64,000 nucleotides of DNA. Source: Kondoa subrosea. Taxonomy: Eukaryota. The stretch spans positions 2,979,136-3,043,135 of the forward strand of contig BCIN01000001.1 of the NCBI GenBank assembly GCA_039545335.1. The letters are read 5' to 3'. Of this stretch, positions 25,939 to 38,747 are shown piece by piece. Under the pieces are notes generated by a model. The model saw only the letters and a program-made list of their open reading frames with translations. It did not search any database and had not been told where the DNA came from. The position numbers and the translations under genes are program-made. The first letter of the stretch is position 1. Each line of letters starts with the position of its first letter.

Positions 25939-28900
25939 ATGGACGCCTTACGTCTGCCTCAGCACTACTCAGGCGAGCCCAAGGCTCCTCACTTTCGAGG
26001 CATAACCTTGGGCAGATTGGACAACTTCGAAGGGGGCCAGTATTCCAACATCAATCTGAGTTCTGTATTGTTCGAGACTCGTTCAGATTCGTCAGAAGTC
26101 ATCTCTCTATCTGTTTGGCATGCGCCAGGTGTGTAATCGAGCTGGAGGATTGTCAACAATGCTGACGTTTGCACGGATCAAGGTCGAAGTAAACCTACTT
26201 GTGCGTAGGACCTTCATAATCTGAGCTGTTGTATTTAGCTAAGGTCGTTGGTCCCTCGTACAGTCGAAGAAGCTACTCGAGCCAAGTATGGACCGCTCAA
26301 GAAGGGAGATAGTTTTGGCCCGTCATGGACAAATCACTGGGTCAAGTGCTCCATCAAAGTACCTAGAGAATGGAAAGAGAAAGAACGGATTCAGTTAGAG
26401 TTTGATCCTAGTTGCGAAGCTATGATCTACAATCTTGAAGGTTTACCTCTTCAAGGTATTACGGGAGGCTTTGGAGGCGACAGAAGAGTCGAATTCATCT
26501 TACCTGATAAGGCTCGAGGTTTCACGTACCAGGCAAGCAGGAGACTGCCTGACGTCTTAGCATATGCTGATGTTGGCCAATCCTTCTTTTGCAGATATAC
26601 ATCGAGTATGTACCCTATCCTACCCATGAATCAGTCTCATCCTAGCTCTTAGAGTTACCTGTAACGCTATGTTCGGCCTAGGTCCAATGCAAGGGGATGC
26701 AGATTTCGAAGATCGCACTTTCCAGCTCAATTCCGCTGATTTGGTCGTACCTCGAATGCAAGCTTGGCATCTACTATGGGATTTCCGCGTTATCAAAGAT
26801 CTGGCTCGCAATATGCCAGATAATTCTGCACTTCAACATACCGCTTTATCGACAGCAAATGAAATGATGAATGTTTTCAAGCACGATGATCTTTCAACCA
26901 TTGCTAAAGCACGCAAAATAGCAGAACGTATTCTAGGTGAAGGCTGGTCGAAGAAGGGAGCCGACATTTACAAGACCAAAGAAGGGACCGCTCTACCAGA
27001 ATGTTTTGCAATCAGTAATTGTCATATAGATACTGCTTGGTGAGTGGCAGCCTGGATCACACCTTTCTTTGTTCGCTTATCGTTGTGCTCATCTTCTATA
27101 GGCTATGGCCATTTTCGGCTACTCAACAGAAAGTTGCGCGATCTTGGTCCACTCAAATAGATCTGATGAATCGCTACCCTGAACATCGTTTCGCCTGTTC
27201 GCAAGCCCAACAGTTCAAGTGGCTTGAACAGCTCTACCCTTCACTGTTCGAAGTCGTCAAGGAAAAAGTCGCATCAGGCCAATTCCGTAAGTCAACAGCC
27301 TCTTCAGTAGTTACAATGGTCGCTCATGTGTGCGGGCAGAGCCAATCGGCGGCTGTTGGGTTGAGATGGATACAAACATGGTGCGTATCAAGGCTTCTTG
27401 TGCTGTATAGGGCTCAAGAAGATTGGGTTGCCCACAGCCCTCCGGTGAAGCACTTTGCAGACAGTTCGCTTATGGTCAACGATTCTTCAAATCTCGCTTT
27501 GGCAAGATCTGCGAAACTTTTTGGCTACCCGATTCCTTTGGCTACTCTTCTCAATTACCTCAATTAGCTAGATTGGCGGGCATGAACAATTTCTTCACTC
27601 AGAAATTGTCCTGGTCGCAGTTCAATAATTTCCCTCATACTACTTTCAAATGGCTTGGGTTGGACGGAAGTCAGATCTTGACTCATTTACCACCTGTCAA
27701 TACCTATACAGCTCAAGCTACAGTATCGGACGTGAAAGTCACTATTTCAGGTCACAAGAGTTTAGAACAGACCAGTCTAGGGCTTCTACCTTTCGGTAAT
27801 GGTGATGGCGGAGGAGGAGCGCTCGCACCTATGTTGGAGAGTTTGAGGAGAATCAGAGCGGCTGCTGATGAGAATCGAGAGCTACCGAAAGTTGATGTTG
27901 GGCATTCAGTCGAAAACTTCTTTGCTGAGATCCTGAAGACTACCAATGGAGGCAAAGATCTAGTTACCTGGTCCGGCGAACTTTATCTTGAAGTGAGAAT
28001 CACCTATACTGCTGTTGACCACCCAGCTCATAGAATGAAATAGTACCATCGCGGCACTTACACTTCTCATGCATCAATTAAGAACCATAACCGCAAATCC
28101 GAGATCTTGATGCTGGACATCGAGCGGATCGCTACTTTCGCTTCCGTTGCTAGCATCATGGGTAAAACTGCTTCACCTTATGTTTACCCTAAAGATGAGT
28201 TAGACAAACTTTGGGAAGATGTCTTGCTTTGCCAGTTCCATGATGTTGTAAGGTGTCCTTTGTCTTCATTTCTATTCTGGCTCAAAATTAAGGTAGCTCC
28301 CTGGTTCCGCCATCGAAATGGTTTACGAAGATGCTGAACGCAAATATGCAAACGTAGCGACAGAAGGACAAAAGTTACTATCAACCGCTGTCAAAGCTCT
28401 GATGCCTTCCTCTAAACCTCTACCAACTAAATCCCTTTTCGACGCGCAAAACAAGCCTTTTGCTATTAACACTCTCAATACGCCCAGATTAGAGGTCGTT
28501 ACCGTTGATGGACCAGTCAAACATGCGGCACTGGAAGATGTCGATGGATCTGGCATCATGACACTTGTTCGCCCTTCGAAAGGCAAACTCATGAGCCCGT
28601 CTAGTGAGCTAAATCATCTTATAATACGATACAATGGAAAGTCTCATTCGACGTACAGCTCTGACCAAAGGAGATGATGGATCGTACTGTATGGGCAATG
28701 GCGTACTCACTGTATGCATTTCGAAAGATGGCAGAATTACCAGCATCAAGGATTTGACAGAGGAGTGAGTAAGACGTCGTATCAGTACGGTCCTTACTGA
28801 TTGTATATTAGTCGAGAAATCCTTGACACCAACTTTACTGCCGGCTTCGTCATCTACGAAGACAGACCAAAGTGCGTTGAGTGCTCTATTTGTGTTGACG

Positions 28901-30303
28901 AGACTGATGCATCGACATAACAGCGACTATGATGCTTGGGATGGTGAGTCATCAGCTGAACGACGTGGAGGAAAGCTCAAATCAATTTGTAGTCGATATC
29001 GGTCATTTGGAAACTCCAACTCACCTCAAAGGCAAGATCTCAGGAACAGTACATGATGCGCTCCGCTCCTCTGTGACTGTAGAGATCCAGCACAACGGTA
29101 GCACGATCCAGGTACTTTGTTCTTGACCACTTCAGTTGTCTAAGCTCATCGCTTCGCACAAGTGCACGATCTCTCTCGATGCGCAACTCGCTGGCAAGAA
29201 CATGTCTGTAGCAAGGATGTTACGCTTCTCTAATTCCGTCGACTGGCATACAAGGCACCAAGTACTAAAGTTCGAAGCTCCTTTGGCTATTCGAAGCGAT
29301 TCAGCAATTTACGAAACCCAATTTGGCACTCTGTCTCGACCGACCCATCGGAACACATCTTGGGATGCAGCTAAGTTTGAGGTGGGTGGAAATTGCATTT
29401 AATTGAGTTGCCTAATTGCAACCTCGTCTTTGCCTACAGGTTTGCGCCCACAAATTTGCAGATCTGAGCGAGGTGAGCACCGTTGGTGATCTTATTACTG
29501 AGGACTAACGACGCTTGCAGTTCGGCTACGGTGTCGGTGAGTGTGATAGCGTGCTTGTCGTGTAGCCCATCTGACCGGCTCGCAGCCTTGATCAACGAAA
29601 ACAAGTATGGTTACAGCGTAGCAAACAACTTCATGCGACTCTCGCTTCTGCGCGGTAGTACTTACCCAGATAGACATCAAGGTAAATGCGTCTCAAACGG
29701 TGGCACGATTTCGATGGCTGACTGTTTCGTCAGATCAAGGGTCACATGTCTTTTCTTTCGCCCTTTACCCTCACAAACATCATTTCATGCATTCTGATGT
29801 ACCACAAATGGCTAAGCGTGCGTTCTCACTGTGATTAATCCAATGAATTCGCAATGATCAGATGCTGAACAGAATTCAACATGCCGATACATGTACACGA
29901 ACATAATGTCAACATGGAAGCTTCTCCTCTCTTCCAATCGCCTATCAGCATTTCTGGAGATCCTAACGTCGTGCTCGAGACCATCAAGAGAGGAGATGAC
30001 GATGATTTCTCTACTTCACATCATTCTAGAAAAGGAGAACAAACGGTCATTCTACGCTTCCACGATTCACATGGCGGTGCAGGTAAAGCGAAGGTTACTG
30101 TCAAGCTTCCAATCTTGCGTGGTGTAGTGTGCGATTTGTTGGAAAGAGATGTCTCAAGTTTGGCTATCAGTAGCACATCAAGCGGCGATGAAGATGTGTA
30201 TGAGTTTGAGATCCGACTCAAAGCATACGAAGTCAAGACTGTCAAACTCACACTGGATCCTTTGGCTATCAAAGATCTAGTGGATGATTGGACAGAAATC
30301 TGA
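25939..30303 (+). CDS. AMS1: Vacuolar/cytosolic alpha-mannosidase, glycoside hydrolase family 38 (class 2C)
   Basis: Motifs FGPSWTNHW, NCHIDTAWLWP, ACSQAQQFKWL, PSGEALCRQF, FWLPDSFGYSSQLPQ, FGNGDGGGG, GELYLExHRGTYTS, QFHDVLPGS, RPTHRNTSWDAAKFEV and LRLSLLR. No signal peptide. Confidence 0.97.
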
Positions 30304-30745
30304 GATTGAAATGCGAAATGAGCAGTTGTGTATAGATAGTCAGTAAATTATGTTCATTGCAATCAGCCTTTCCACTGTATTTCCTTCTCTCTTCTTCTTC
30401 TCTCTTGTTTACAATTAGAAAGCCCTCCTACAATTACAACATGATTCTCTGCTGACTTTTTCCAACTTTTTCCCAAACGAACAGCTCATACATATCCTAC
30501 AAACCACTAAAAGAAACACAACGGAGGGGGAGAAAGTAAACCATATTAAAAACAATGTGGGAAAAAGAGTGGGTGGGTGTTCCTTCAGTCCCATTATTCC
30601 CCCTTTTCCTTTCAAAAAGTCGAAACCGGGAGCCGAACTAAGCGAAGATGACGGGATAATCCATTCCAGAGTTGACGGACACTGGATGATTCATTCCACT
30701 ATCGTACCGAATGAGAAATGATCACTCTTCAAGGCATTTTAAAAC

Positions 30746-31860
30746 TCACTTCATGCCGAAATTGTACGCAGGCCAATTAGGCAACATGCTCATGTTCAAC
30801 TGCTGCTGCTGCTGCTGCTGATGAACGGCAGCTTGATGTTGCTGCTGCATTGTAAAGGCCATTAGGTAGTTTGGATCGTAAGCAGCCAAAGGATGAGCTG
30901 CGGCTGGTAGACCTAAATGGAATGGCATGCCGCTGACCGGTAGAGCTGATGCAGAAGTGACTGAAGCATTAGTGTTGCCGATGACGGGAGTAGGCGTAGT
31001 ATTGTCGGCTGCTGTTGGAATTGGTAATGGCGAATCATTGGCACTTCGAGCAAAGAGAGCGTTGAAAGCTGGGTTGACGCCAGCAGCGAGAGCTTGAACG
31101 CTTGACATGGGAGAAGTGTCGAAAGATGCAGAGCTAGCTGGAGAGCAGCCAAGGATAGAAGAGGCAGAAAGAGAGGAAGCAGAATCATCGAAAGAGTTGA
31201 ACCTTTCGCGCCCAACGTGGACTGGAGAACGTTGTTGTGCTTGACCAATGGTGATAGGAGAAGCAATAGCCGGTGCGGGAGCCATGCCCAATTTTGCTCT
31301 AAGTTCCTCAACTTCCCTTCTCAAGTTTGCATTCTCTTCCCGCAAAGCTCTTTCACGATCTTCCGACTGGTACACATATTCCAGAGCTGTACCGATACGA
31401 CCTAGAATGAGCCAAAACACATGCATAGTCGATTCAGACATACATTTGGCAACAATGGTAGATTTCGATGGCCTTTTGACAGAAGCCATAGTTGGCAACG
31501 CAGCAGCCAATTCCATGAACCGACCATTCAAGCCTAGCATAAATACAATTCAGTAAAAGTTATGCAACACATTAAAATAGACGCACTTTCTCTACGAGCA
31601 CGTTCAACAGAGTTGTGTTTAGCCCTTCTTTCAACGGTACTAGGAGGTCTCTTGCTCTTCTTCTTTGGCTCTTCTTCTGCTCCTCCACCTAATACACCTT
31701 CTTCTGATTCATTTACGCCTCCGCCACTGAGATTAAGCGAATTAGAATGTTCTTCTTGACCATGGAAATCGTGGTCGGATTGAGGTGAAGCAGAGTCGTC
31801 GTACGAGGAAGAAGGCATAGTTAGGCCATAGAGTGCATCAAAGTCATTGAAAGACGCCAT
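30746..31860 (-). CDS. bHLH(-zip) transcription factor, Myc/Max-like
   Basis: RRAKHNSVERARRE|xLNGRFMELAAALPTMASVKRPSKSTIVAK..ALEYV, followed by a coiled coil LREENANLRREVEELR and a Q-rich tail. Confidence 0.9.
30800..30820. repeat. (CTG)7 microsatellite encoding poly-Gln in the bHLH gene
   Basis: ctgctgctgctgctgctgctg. Confidence 0.85.
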
Positions 31861-32538
31861 GCTTGGTTTGACTTATTGAAATGGGGAAAAGGGGGAAAAT
31901 AAGGAAATTGAAGTGAAAGAATAACAGGTCTTCAAGATGATAAATGTTTGTTGTAGGTTTCTCGCGTAGCACAGCACGCAAGTCCTCCAAATGTAGACTT
32001 TGAAAGCTAGTGAAAGATTAGAGACACTTGTTGGAGTTTGCTGGTGGGAAACCGTTTCAGTATTTTCTGTTATCGCTGGATATGGTAAGGTCGCTGAAGG
32101 TCGCTGGGGTCGCTTATGTCGCTGGGTAGAAGGTGGGATGGTATATGCCGGCAAGTCGCGAGCCTGCACACAGGAAAGAAGGGCATGCATTAGACAGATT
32201 TCGCATTTTGGCCGATGTTCGTCTGGCTGGCTGGAGAATCGATACTCACGGTGCTCAAGCGTTACAGTACCAAAGGCAGGGGCGGAAAGGGAAGCGACGA
32301 AAGTTTGTTGGAGGTTGAAAGGAACAGTGTCTGGGGCAGTAGGGCGTTCTCTCGGAATTCAACCGGGTATATCAAACCATTCTTAAGAATAGAAACACTA
32401 AGAAGGTAGCTGTCTTTCATATGCTTTAGTCCTATGTAGCCTATCCCGAGGATACGATTGGCTGCAATCAAGTTTTTGCTATACTTAGTGAATTCCGACT
32501 ATCCGCTCAGGGCGGGAAGCAACAACTCTCCTTTGCCT

Positions 32539-34905
32539 CTACATCTCACCCAGAACAGTATCCATTCGATCCAGCTGCCAATTAGATATGATTAGTAACT
32601 ATATCATCACAGCGAGCTTGACTTACTAGGATATCTGCATGAGGCTGATCGAAGACCAGCATAGGTCTTAATCGCACAGATTGATCTCCACAACCAGCCT
32701 ATTTTACCGTTATTAGTGTTTCACATCTCCCTCTGCTCGAAACTTGGACTGACCATATTCACACCTTTACTTCTCATCTTACCCAAGAACGCATCTCTTG
32801 CTTTAGGACTCTCCATATCCCAAGCTAAGAAATGACCAGCACCTCTCACTCGACTCATCTTGTCTTTCGCTGCACCTTTAGATAAAGCGAGTAAAGCAGA
32901 ATGTACTTTGGATCCAATGTCTGCAGTTTTGGCTACCAGGTTTTCTTGCTTGATGACTTTGATGGTTTCGCGAGCTTGTAGACTTCGAATTGGGCTGTGA
33001 AAAAGCAGTGTCAAATTGAATTGTAATTTAAAAGGCAAAGCTTACTCTCCACACCAAGTATTGAAGCTGTAAAGAATGGTCAATGATAAGAACACAACAC
33101 AGCGCAAAGACCTCACTTGCGGTATGGTAAATTCGCTCTTGTCTCTTTACTATGGTAGAAGCCAGCAGCTTGCATTTTCTCTGTCGCATTACTAATCGGC
33201 GACATTCGTAAAGCACACTCAAACACCTACTGGAAAAGGTCACAAAGTCTGGCGGTGTATCGAGATTCCATTGTTCATGAGCCCAGAAAGTGCTGCAAGC
33301 TTCGTGAGGACTAGTTTCAGAAGTTCGAAGGTGAAAAGTTCACCCTGTTGCGCCCACTCCGGTTTGCACCTTGCCATCGCATTAAGCATTTGCGAGATGG
33401 AAGTACGATAACCGAGATGACTCACCTCATCTACTATGAAGCTAACTCCATGGCGTTTGGTAATGTCTCTCAAGCCACGGAAGAAAGAACTGCTCGCATG
33501 ATTATCTCCTCCCTCTATTCAATTCTTAAAGTTAAGCCCCGTTTCCCGTGGCTGATCAATGACGAACCAGCTTGAATTGGTTCAACAATCAAAGCGGCAA
33601 CAGGGCGACTTTCTTTCAAATCGATAATAGTCGCTTCGACTTCTTTTAGCGTTGCAGCTTCTGCTTGTTGATTTTCTGTTGCATAATCGTTGAAAGGATA
33701 TTGAACTGCTGGCCATGGTACGGCAGGCCAAGGGAAAGCAGGTACGTCGAGCTGTAAGTCAAGAACAGTCTCGACACCGACACAAGCCGGAAGAGACAGA
33801 ATTGACTCACCTTGTGAATAGCTTTGCTCCTCGTCAGACTCAGAGTACCCATTCTGTGTGACCCAGACAAAGATCAGCAAATTGTTTGCTAGTCTATTAC
33901 CGGGACATACAATCGACCGTGGAATGCATTCGTAAAGCTCATGACACTTAGGTCAGGAGTACCGGGTTTCTGATTCTTCATACAAGATGACAATTCTTCC
34001 GCACTGAAAGAAGCACCTTCACCACGTTCTTTAGCTCGGTAAGCGAAGAAAGCGGCTTTCATTGCGCCCTGGTTTTCAGTACGACATGAGATAATATACA
34101 TGTCGTACAACTGTCGATGTATCTACCTCGTTCGCGCAGGATCCACACCTGTATACAACCTTGAGCGCAAGGTGCTTGACAATAGGCGAAAACGCACATC
34201 ATTGTGAACAGATTGTTGAGGCCTTTGGGTGCTACGCTGAGCATACCATCTTCTACAGACTTTTGCCAACCAGAATTAGGAAAGACAGCCAATGCAGGTC
34301 GATTGATACTGGATTGCTCGAGTCAAGCAATATTAGGCACGAGCTAGATTGTAGCGAACGCTGCATGAACGAATTCGTCCTACACGTTGAATGAGCACGA
34401 GAGATGTGTGTAAAACAAAGAGCTAACTGATCGAGCCAGTTCAAGTAAAGCGGGGTGATTGCTGTGTTCTTATAAATAGCTTTCAGCGAGTAAGGTATGC
34501 AGGCCTACTAGCCAATAGGAATTGAAGCTATCTTATGGATGAGCAGGTCATCTCTGCATAATGGAGGACAAGCCTACCGATTTGAGCATAGACATCCAAT
34601 AATTGATTCCCATCTACATCTTGTATATAATTGCCAATTGATTTCGCATAGTCCGCAACTAGGATATGAGCTCTATTATCTCTGTCCTTTGCATCTCAAT
34701 TCGGGCCCCAGGATCATGGGTGCGAATAGACAACGCACTGGAAGGAGTCGATTCCACTGCTAGCTTCCTTTGACAATGGACCAGGAATAGTAGAAGACTT
34801 CAACAGAGGTTCTGCAGGTTCATTTGGGAAGATCAGACCAGGAGAAACAGAAGCATATGAGCGTTTCGAGACTCGCTGAACAGCAGTGCGGGAAGCTTTC
34901 AGCAT
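32539..34905 (-). CDS. UGA1: 4-aminobutyrate (GABA) aminotransferase with mitochondrial-type presequence
   Basis: Presequence [19 protein letters not shown]. Motifs [62 protein letters not shown] and [11 protein letters not shown]. Confidence 0.95.
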
Positions 34906-35053
34906 GACTGCTTATTTCAGGAGAAGTGAGAAAGATGCGACGGAGACTGAATAGAGAGAGAAACAGGCCAGATAGAACACAACAGATTGGCTGCCCGCTG
35001 ACAACCTTACGAAATATTGGAACTCTTCTTGAATCAGCGATCACACTACAATA

Positions 35054-35460
35054 ATGGCTCCAAGTCCTCTGATCAACGTAGGTCATTGTCTCAGCCTCCC
35101 TTGTTACCCAATTCTGGCAATACCGCGTTCAGAAACTGTCTTCGACGAAATTCGAAATAAATATCTTATTGGCTCTATGTCTCGTTATAAACAGGTAGTC
35201 CGCTACTCAGCGTTGGCAACAGGCGTAGTGTATGGAATTTTCCACCGAAGGACACTGCAAGCGAGGCAGGATAAAGACATTGAGAACCAGTTGATCGAGG
35301 ACAGGAAAAGATGGGTCAGGGAAGCGCATGAGGAATGGGACAAGCGAGAGAAGGAGAGGAGCAGTGCGGCCTTTCGTTCCGGTCTGCCATATCAGAGAAG
35401 CTGACTCGCGCGGAATCAGCTGGCCTTTCTGGACTAGTTAACGCATTCAAAGCATCGTGA
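35054..35460 (+). CDS. TIM11: Mitochondrial ATP synthase subunit e
   Basis: MAPSPLIN|VVRYSALATGVVYGIFHRRTLQ: the conserved R(Y/W)SAL..GxxxG signature of subunit e. Introns at 35078-35194 and about 35364-35419. Confidence 0.88.
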
Positions 35461-35573
35461 AGAGCTCAACGGTACAATACCGAAGCGTACGAATAGAAGA
35501 CCGAAGGGATTGTCTGTGTATTATCCGAGCAAAAAGCACAAAGCGATTGATGTATTTCATTGCTCCCCATATT

Positions 35574-37199
35574 TTATGCCGCTATCGGCGGTAGCGATCC
35601 TTTGTTCTTATATGACAGGTAATATTGCCCGTACTATGGTAAATTCAGCAAAGGAAGCAAGAATCAGGATAGACTGACCATCTCATTCGCAACCTATTTC
35701 CAAACATCAGCTGCTTCACTCGTTTGAAAGTATAGGCACTCACCAGTGTTATAGCAGTATGCGGACCTATCCGCAACAAATGTGCCAGAGAGCCCTTGTA
35801 TAGCCCACTGAGACCTTCCGTTTTGAATGTCTGTGTCAAACAATCCACAGGGTTTCTATAACTCGGCGTTAGCAGATCACACAAACCGCTTGTGAGGAAA
35901 GCTCACTTGTATAGTAGTCCCTTCTTTCCATCTGGTCTCTTTGCGTCCGGACTTTGATTGTACATTCGCGTTAATGCCGTGTCTGTCAGCATTTATCTTC
36001 TGTTAGCTGACCATACAGCGACATCAGAGCAATCACTGACCAGCAGGTTGCATCATAGCCAATACTAGTGCAACAATTGAGCATACAATAACTAAACAAC
36101 GATTTAGGCTTACCACAAAGTCCCTATTTCACGACCATTCAACTTTAAAATCCTGGACAATTTCGATATCGCGACTCACTGAGAACATCGAGCTGACCAA
36201 ATAAGTCCAGAAGCTCTTTTCCGGAGCTAAACCATTCTTGACCAATTGTTGTTTAGCCAAATTGTAAGCAGGTAACTGTACACTGCTTCCCATTGCTGTT
36301 CTCAGCATAGCAGCATCCATTCCTCTTGCTAAACCTTTGAAACCTTCTGCTTTGATAATCGAACTTAAAGCGTGCGGAACAGATGTATAGTGATGTTGCG
36401 CTCCGACAGGGTTGTAGACTGAATAAGCTTGCATTCGTGCTTTTATGAGGAAGAGTGGGTTTCCAGCCATGGCGCCTAGTTAAATCGTTCAGAATATCGT
36501 AGAATGAGGAAAAGAGGCAAGAGTTCACCTATCACTCCTGAGGTCGCGCCTGAAAGAATATTGATAGGAACGATATGTTGAGTAGAATCATAACCAAAGA
36601 AAGAGTTTATCGAGATCCGTAAAGGGTCATAAAGACCTAATCGGAATCCATTGAGTAGGATTTGATAAGCGTAAGCAGCTCCTAGACCACGTTGAATGCC
36701 GGACAGTCCTTCGAAATGCCATATCTAAAGTACTCTTCAATTTGCTGAAGAAATATAGAAAGAGTGTACAATACCTTCCGTAAGGCATCGAAAGCGTTGT
36801 TGTACACTTTCGTATGCCCTACTGCTGGAGATGAAGAGGAAGAAGATAAAAGGGAAGAAGAAGCTTTTTTAGATTGTTGCAGTTCGCCATCGAGCTGTAA
36901 TCGAGTCTTGGCTACTTCCATAGGGCTATAAACTCATCGCACATCAGTTTCCAGCTTCCATGTAGCCAGATGTTGAGATTTGTGTGACTAACTTTGTTAC
37001 TGTGACCGAAGCTATCTCCACAGGATCAGCTTGGCAGCGACGCTAGGAAAGACAAAACGCACTGCATGCTGCTAATCCACCAATCACGAAACCCTCTGTC
37101 AAACGGTGAGCTCAAGACTTGTCAAAATAGCCGAATGAATTGTGACCAACCTAAAGTAGACAGAGTTCCCTGATACGGCAGTCGTTCTTTCGCGGCCAT
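35574..37199 (-). CDS. OAC1: Mitochondrial oxaloacetate/sulfate carrier (MCF)
   Basis: Motifs EGFVIGGLAAC, PMEVAKTRLQLDGEL, AYAYQILLNGFRLGLY, GNPLFLIKARMQA, RTAMGSSVQLPAY, MQPADTALTRMYNQ and LRIGPHT. Confidence 0.93.
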
Positions 37200-37413
37200 C
37201 CTGATATTTCTTTATGGGTATTCTTAAGCCAGCAAACGGAGCATTTCAAGCTCCGAGTCGTAGTAGGTATTGGTCAACATTAGGTTCCGGTCAGCGAGAT
37301 TATCATATCAGTATCACAGCAGCGTTCTCTCAGCAACACTATGCTCTGCGTGCGTGGAAACACGCCAAAGTTGTATTGACATCTTCTTTTTACACTAGCT
37401 TTGCGCGTTTCCT

Positions 37414-38665
37414 TCACTTCTTGACAGGCGCTTTCAAAGCAGCAAACCTCTTCTGCATCTGTTCATACGTATCATCTACCTCTTTCCCTTGCGGCGCTGC
37501 TGCTGCTGCTGCTGCTGCTGTTTTTCCAGGAGAAGACAGATCTTTGATGACTACTGTATGAGCTGCTTCTTCTGGTTCCAGAGGTTGCGATGTAGGTAAG
37601 GAGGAGAGCGCTTCTCTTTCTTCTGCTGTTGCGTCAATCTGTGCATGTATAAAACCTAGTTAGCTGTCTTACAGCAACTGCAGGTCTCAAACGCACCGAT
37701 TCAGGTATTGAACCTGACGGTCTACTTTCTGGTTCCCATTCAACCTGAATACCTGAAATCAGCTTCTTCACAAGCTCGAGAGGACGGAGAAAAGATACGG
37801 AATAAGCTTTCGCGATCTCGTACAAATACAGATCAACCAATTCTTTCGATGGTGTTTGTATAACCAATTTCTCCGTTATCCTGTTCTCTTCAATAAGCCA
37901 TATATCAATGGACTGACCGAAGTACGAACCGCTTTGGAACGATTTCGTCCCTGTTCTCTATACATTTCAATGCAAACTCTTTACCATAATGAGAGTGAAA
38001 GAGGGAAGAAAGGTTATGCAGTTCTTTGATATCTGTTTTCGGCGATGCATGGAGTATACCAGCGACAGCTAGATATAGGTGAGCTGTGAGCGAATGCGAC
38101 CGGTAAGAATAGACCTTCTTGAATAGCTGGATCCACTTCACTATTGCATGATCAGTTTCGCATGAAAGAGGGGTGAAGAACGAACCGAGATTGTTCTATT
38201 AGACCGAAACGTGCAGTACACAGCTCGCAGTACAGCTCGAGCACTTCCAATAGTTCAATATGTATCTGTACGCAACCTTGATATTGAAAACCCGACAATG
38301 GGTTCTTGAAAGCGATTGCGCACCTCCTCGTTGATTAGACTCTCAACTCGCTGTACACAAACTTCGAGAATGAGCAAGAAACTCATTAGCTCGTGATCTT
38401 TACGCACGACACTAGCAGTTTCGACTTTGCCTATCGGAGCACATCAGCTTCCCACTATCACTTCTAAGGTTGGATCTCACCCTTCTCGAGCAAGCTAGCT
38501 ATATTCCTTCGCTCTTTCTGCTCTGTATTGAGCCTTTCTTGTGGTATTTCGGTATGCGAGTCGTCTCACCTTATTGAGCGCTTCCTTTTTGGACGTGACA
38601 GTCCTCAATTTCTGTATAACCAGCTTTATCTGGACTTTGAATCGGACAGCAGCAGCAGAAGACAT
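37414..38665 (-). CDS. IST1: ESCRT-III-associated regulator of Vps4
   Basis: Motifs RFKVQIKLVIQKLR..KKEALNK, VESLINE..IELLEVLELYCEL..RFGL, DIKELH and PSKELVDLYLYEIAKAY. C-terminal MIM1-like YEQMQKRFAALK. Confidence 0.9.
37496..37519. repeat. (GCT)8 microsatellite encoding poly-Ala in IST1
   Basis: Eight consecutive gct units; read as GCA codons on the minus strand. Confidence 0.85.
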
Positions 38666-38747
38666 GATCTGAACACGGTTTCGCGTCAACCATCGTTTGT
38701 TTTTCAATTCCGGCCAAGCTTGTTCACGCACCAACTGCTCGAAGGCA
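38666..38747. promoter_or_regulatory. 82-bp divergent promoter shared by IST1 and BRH2, with an MCB/SCB-like element
   Basis: Start codons at 38665 (-) and 38748 (+). TTTCGCGT (= ACGCGAAA) at 38679-38686. Confidence 0.45.

Noticed and set aside
30746..31860. bHLH gene as an SREBP/Sre1 regulator of nearby ERG25
   Set aside because: The basic region reads ERARR, lacking the Tyr diagnostic of SREBPs, and there are no transmembrane segments.
31873..32471. Several 60-128 aa ORFs upstream of the bHLH gene
   Set aside because: They overlap on both strands, carry no motifs and are consistent with a long 5' UTR/promoter.
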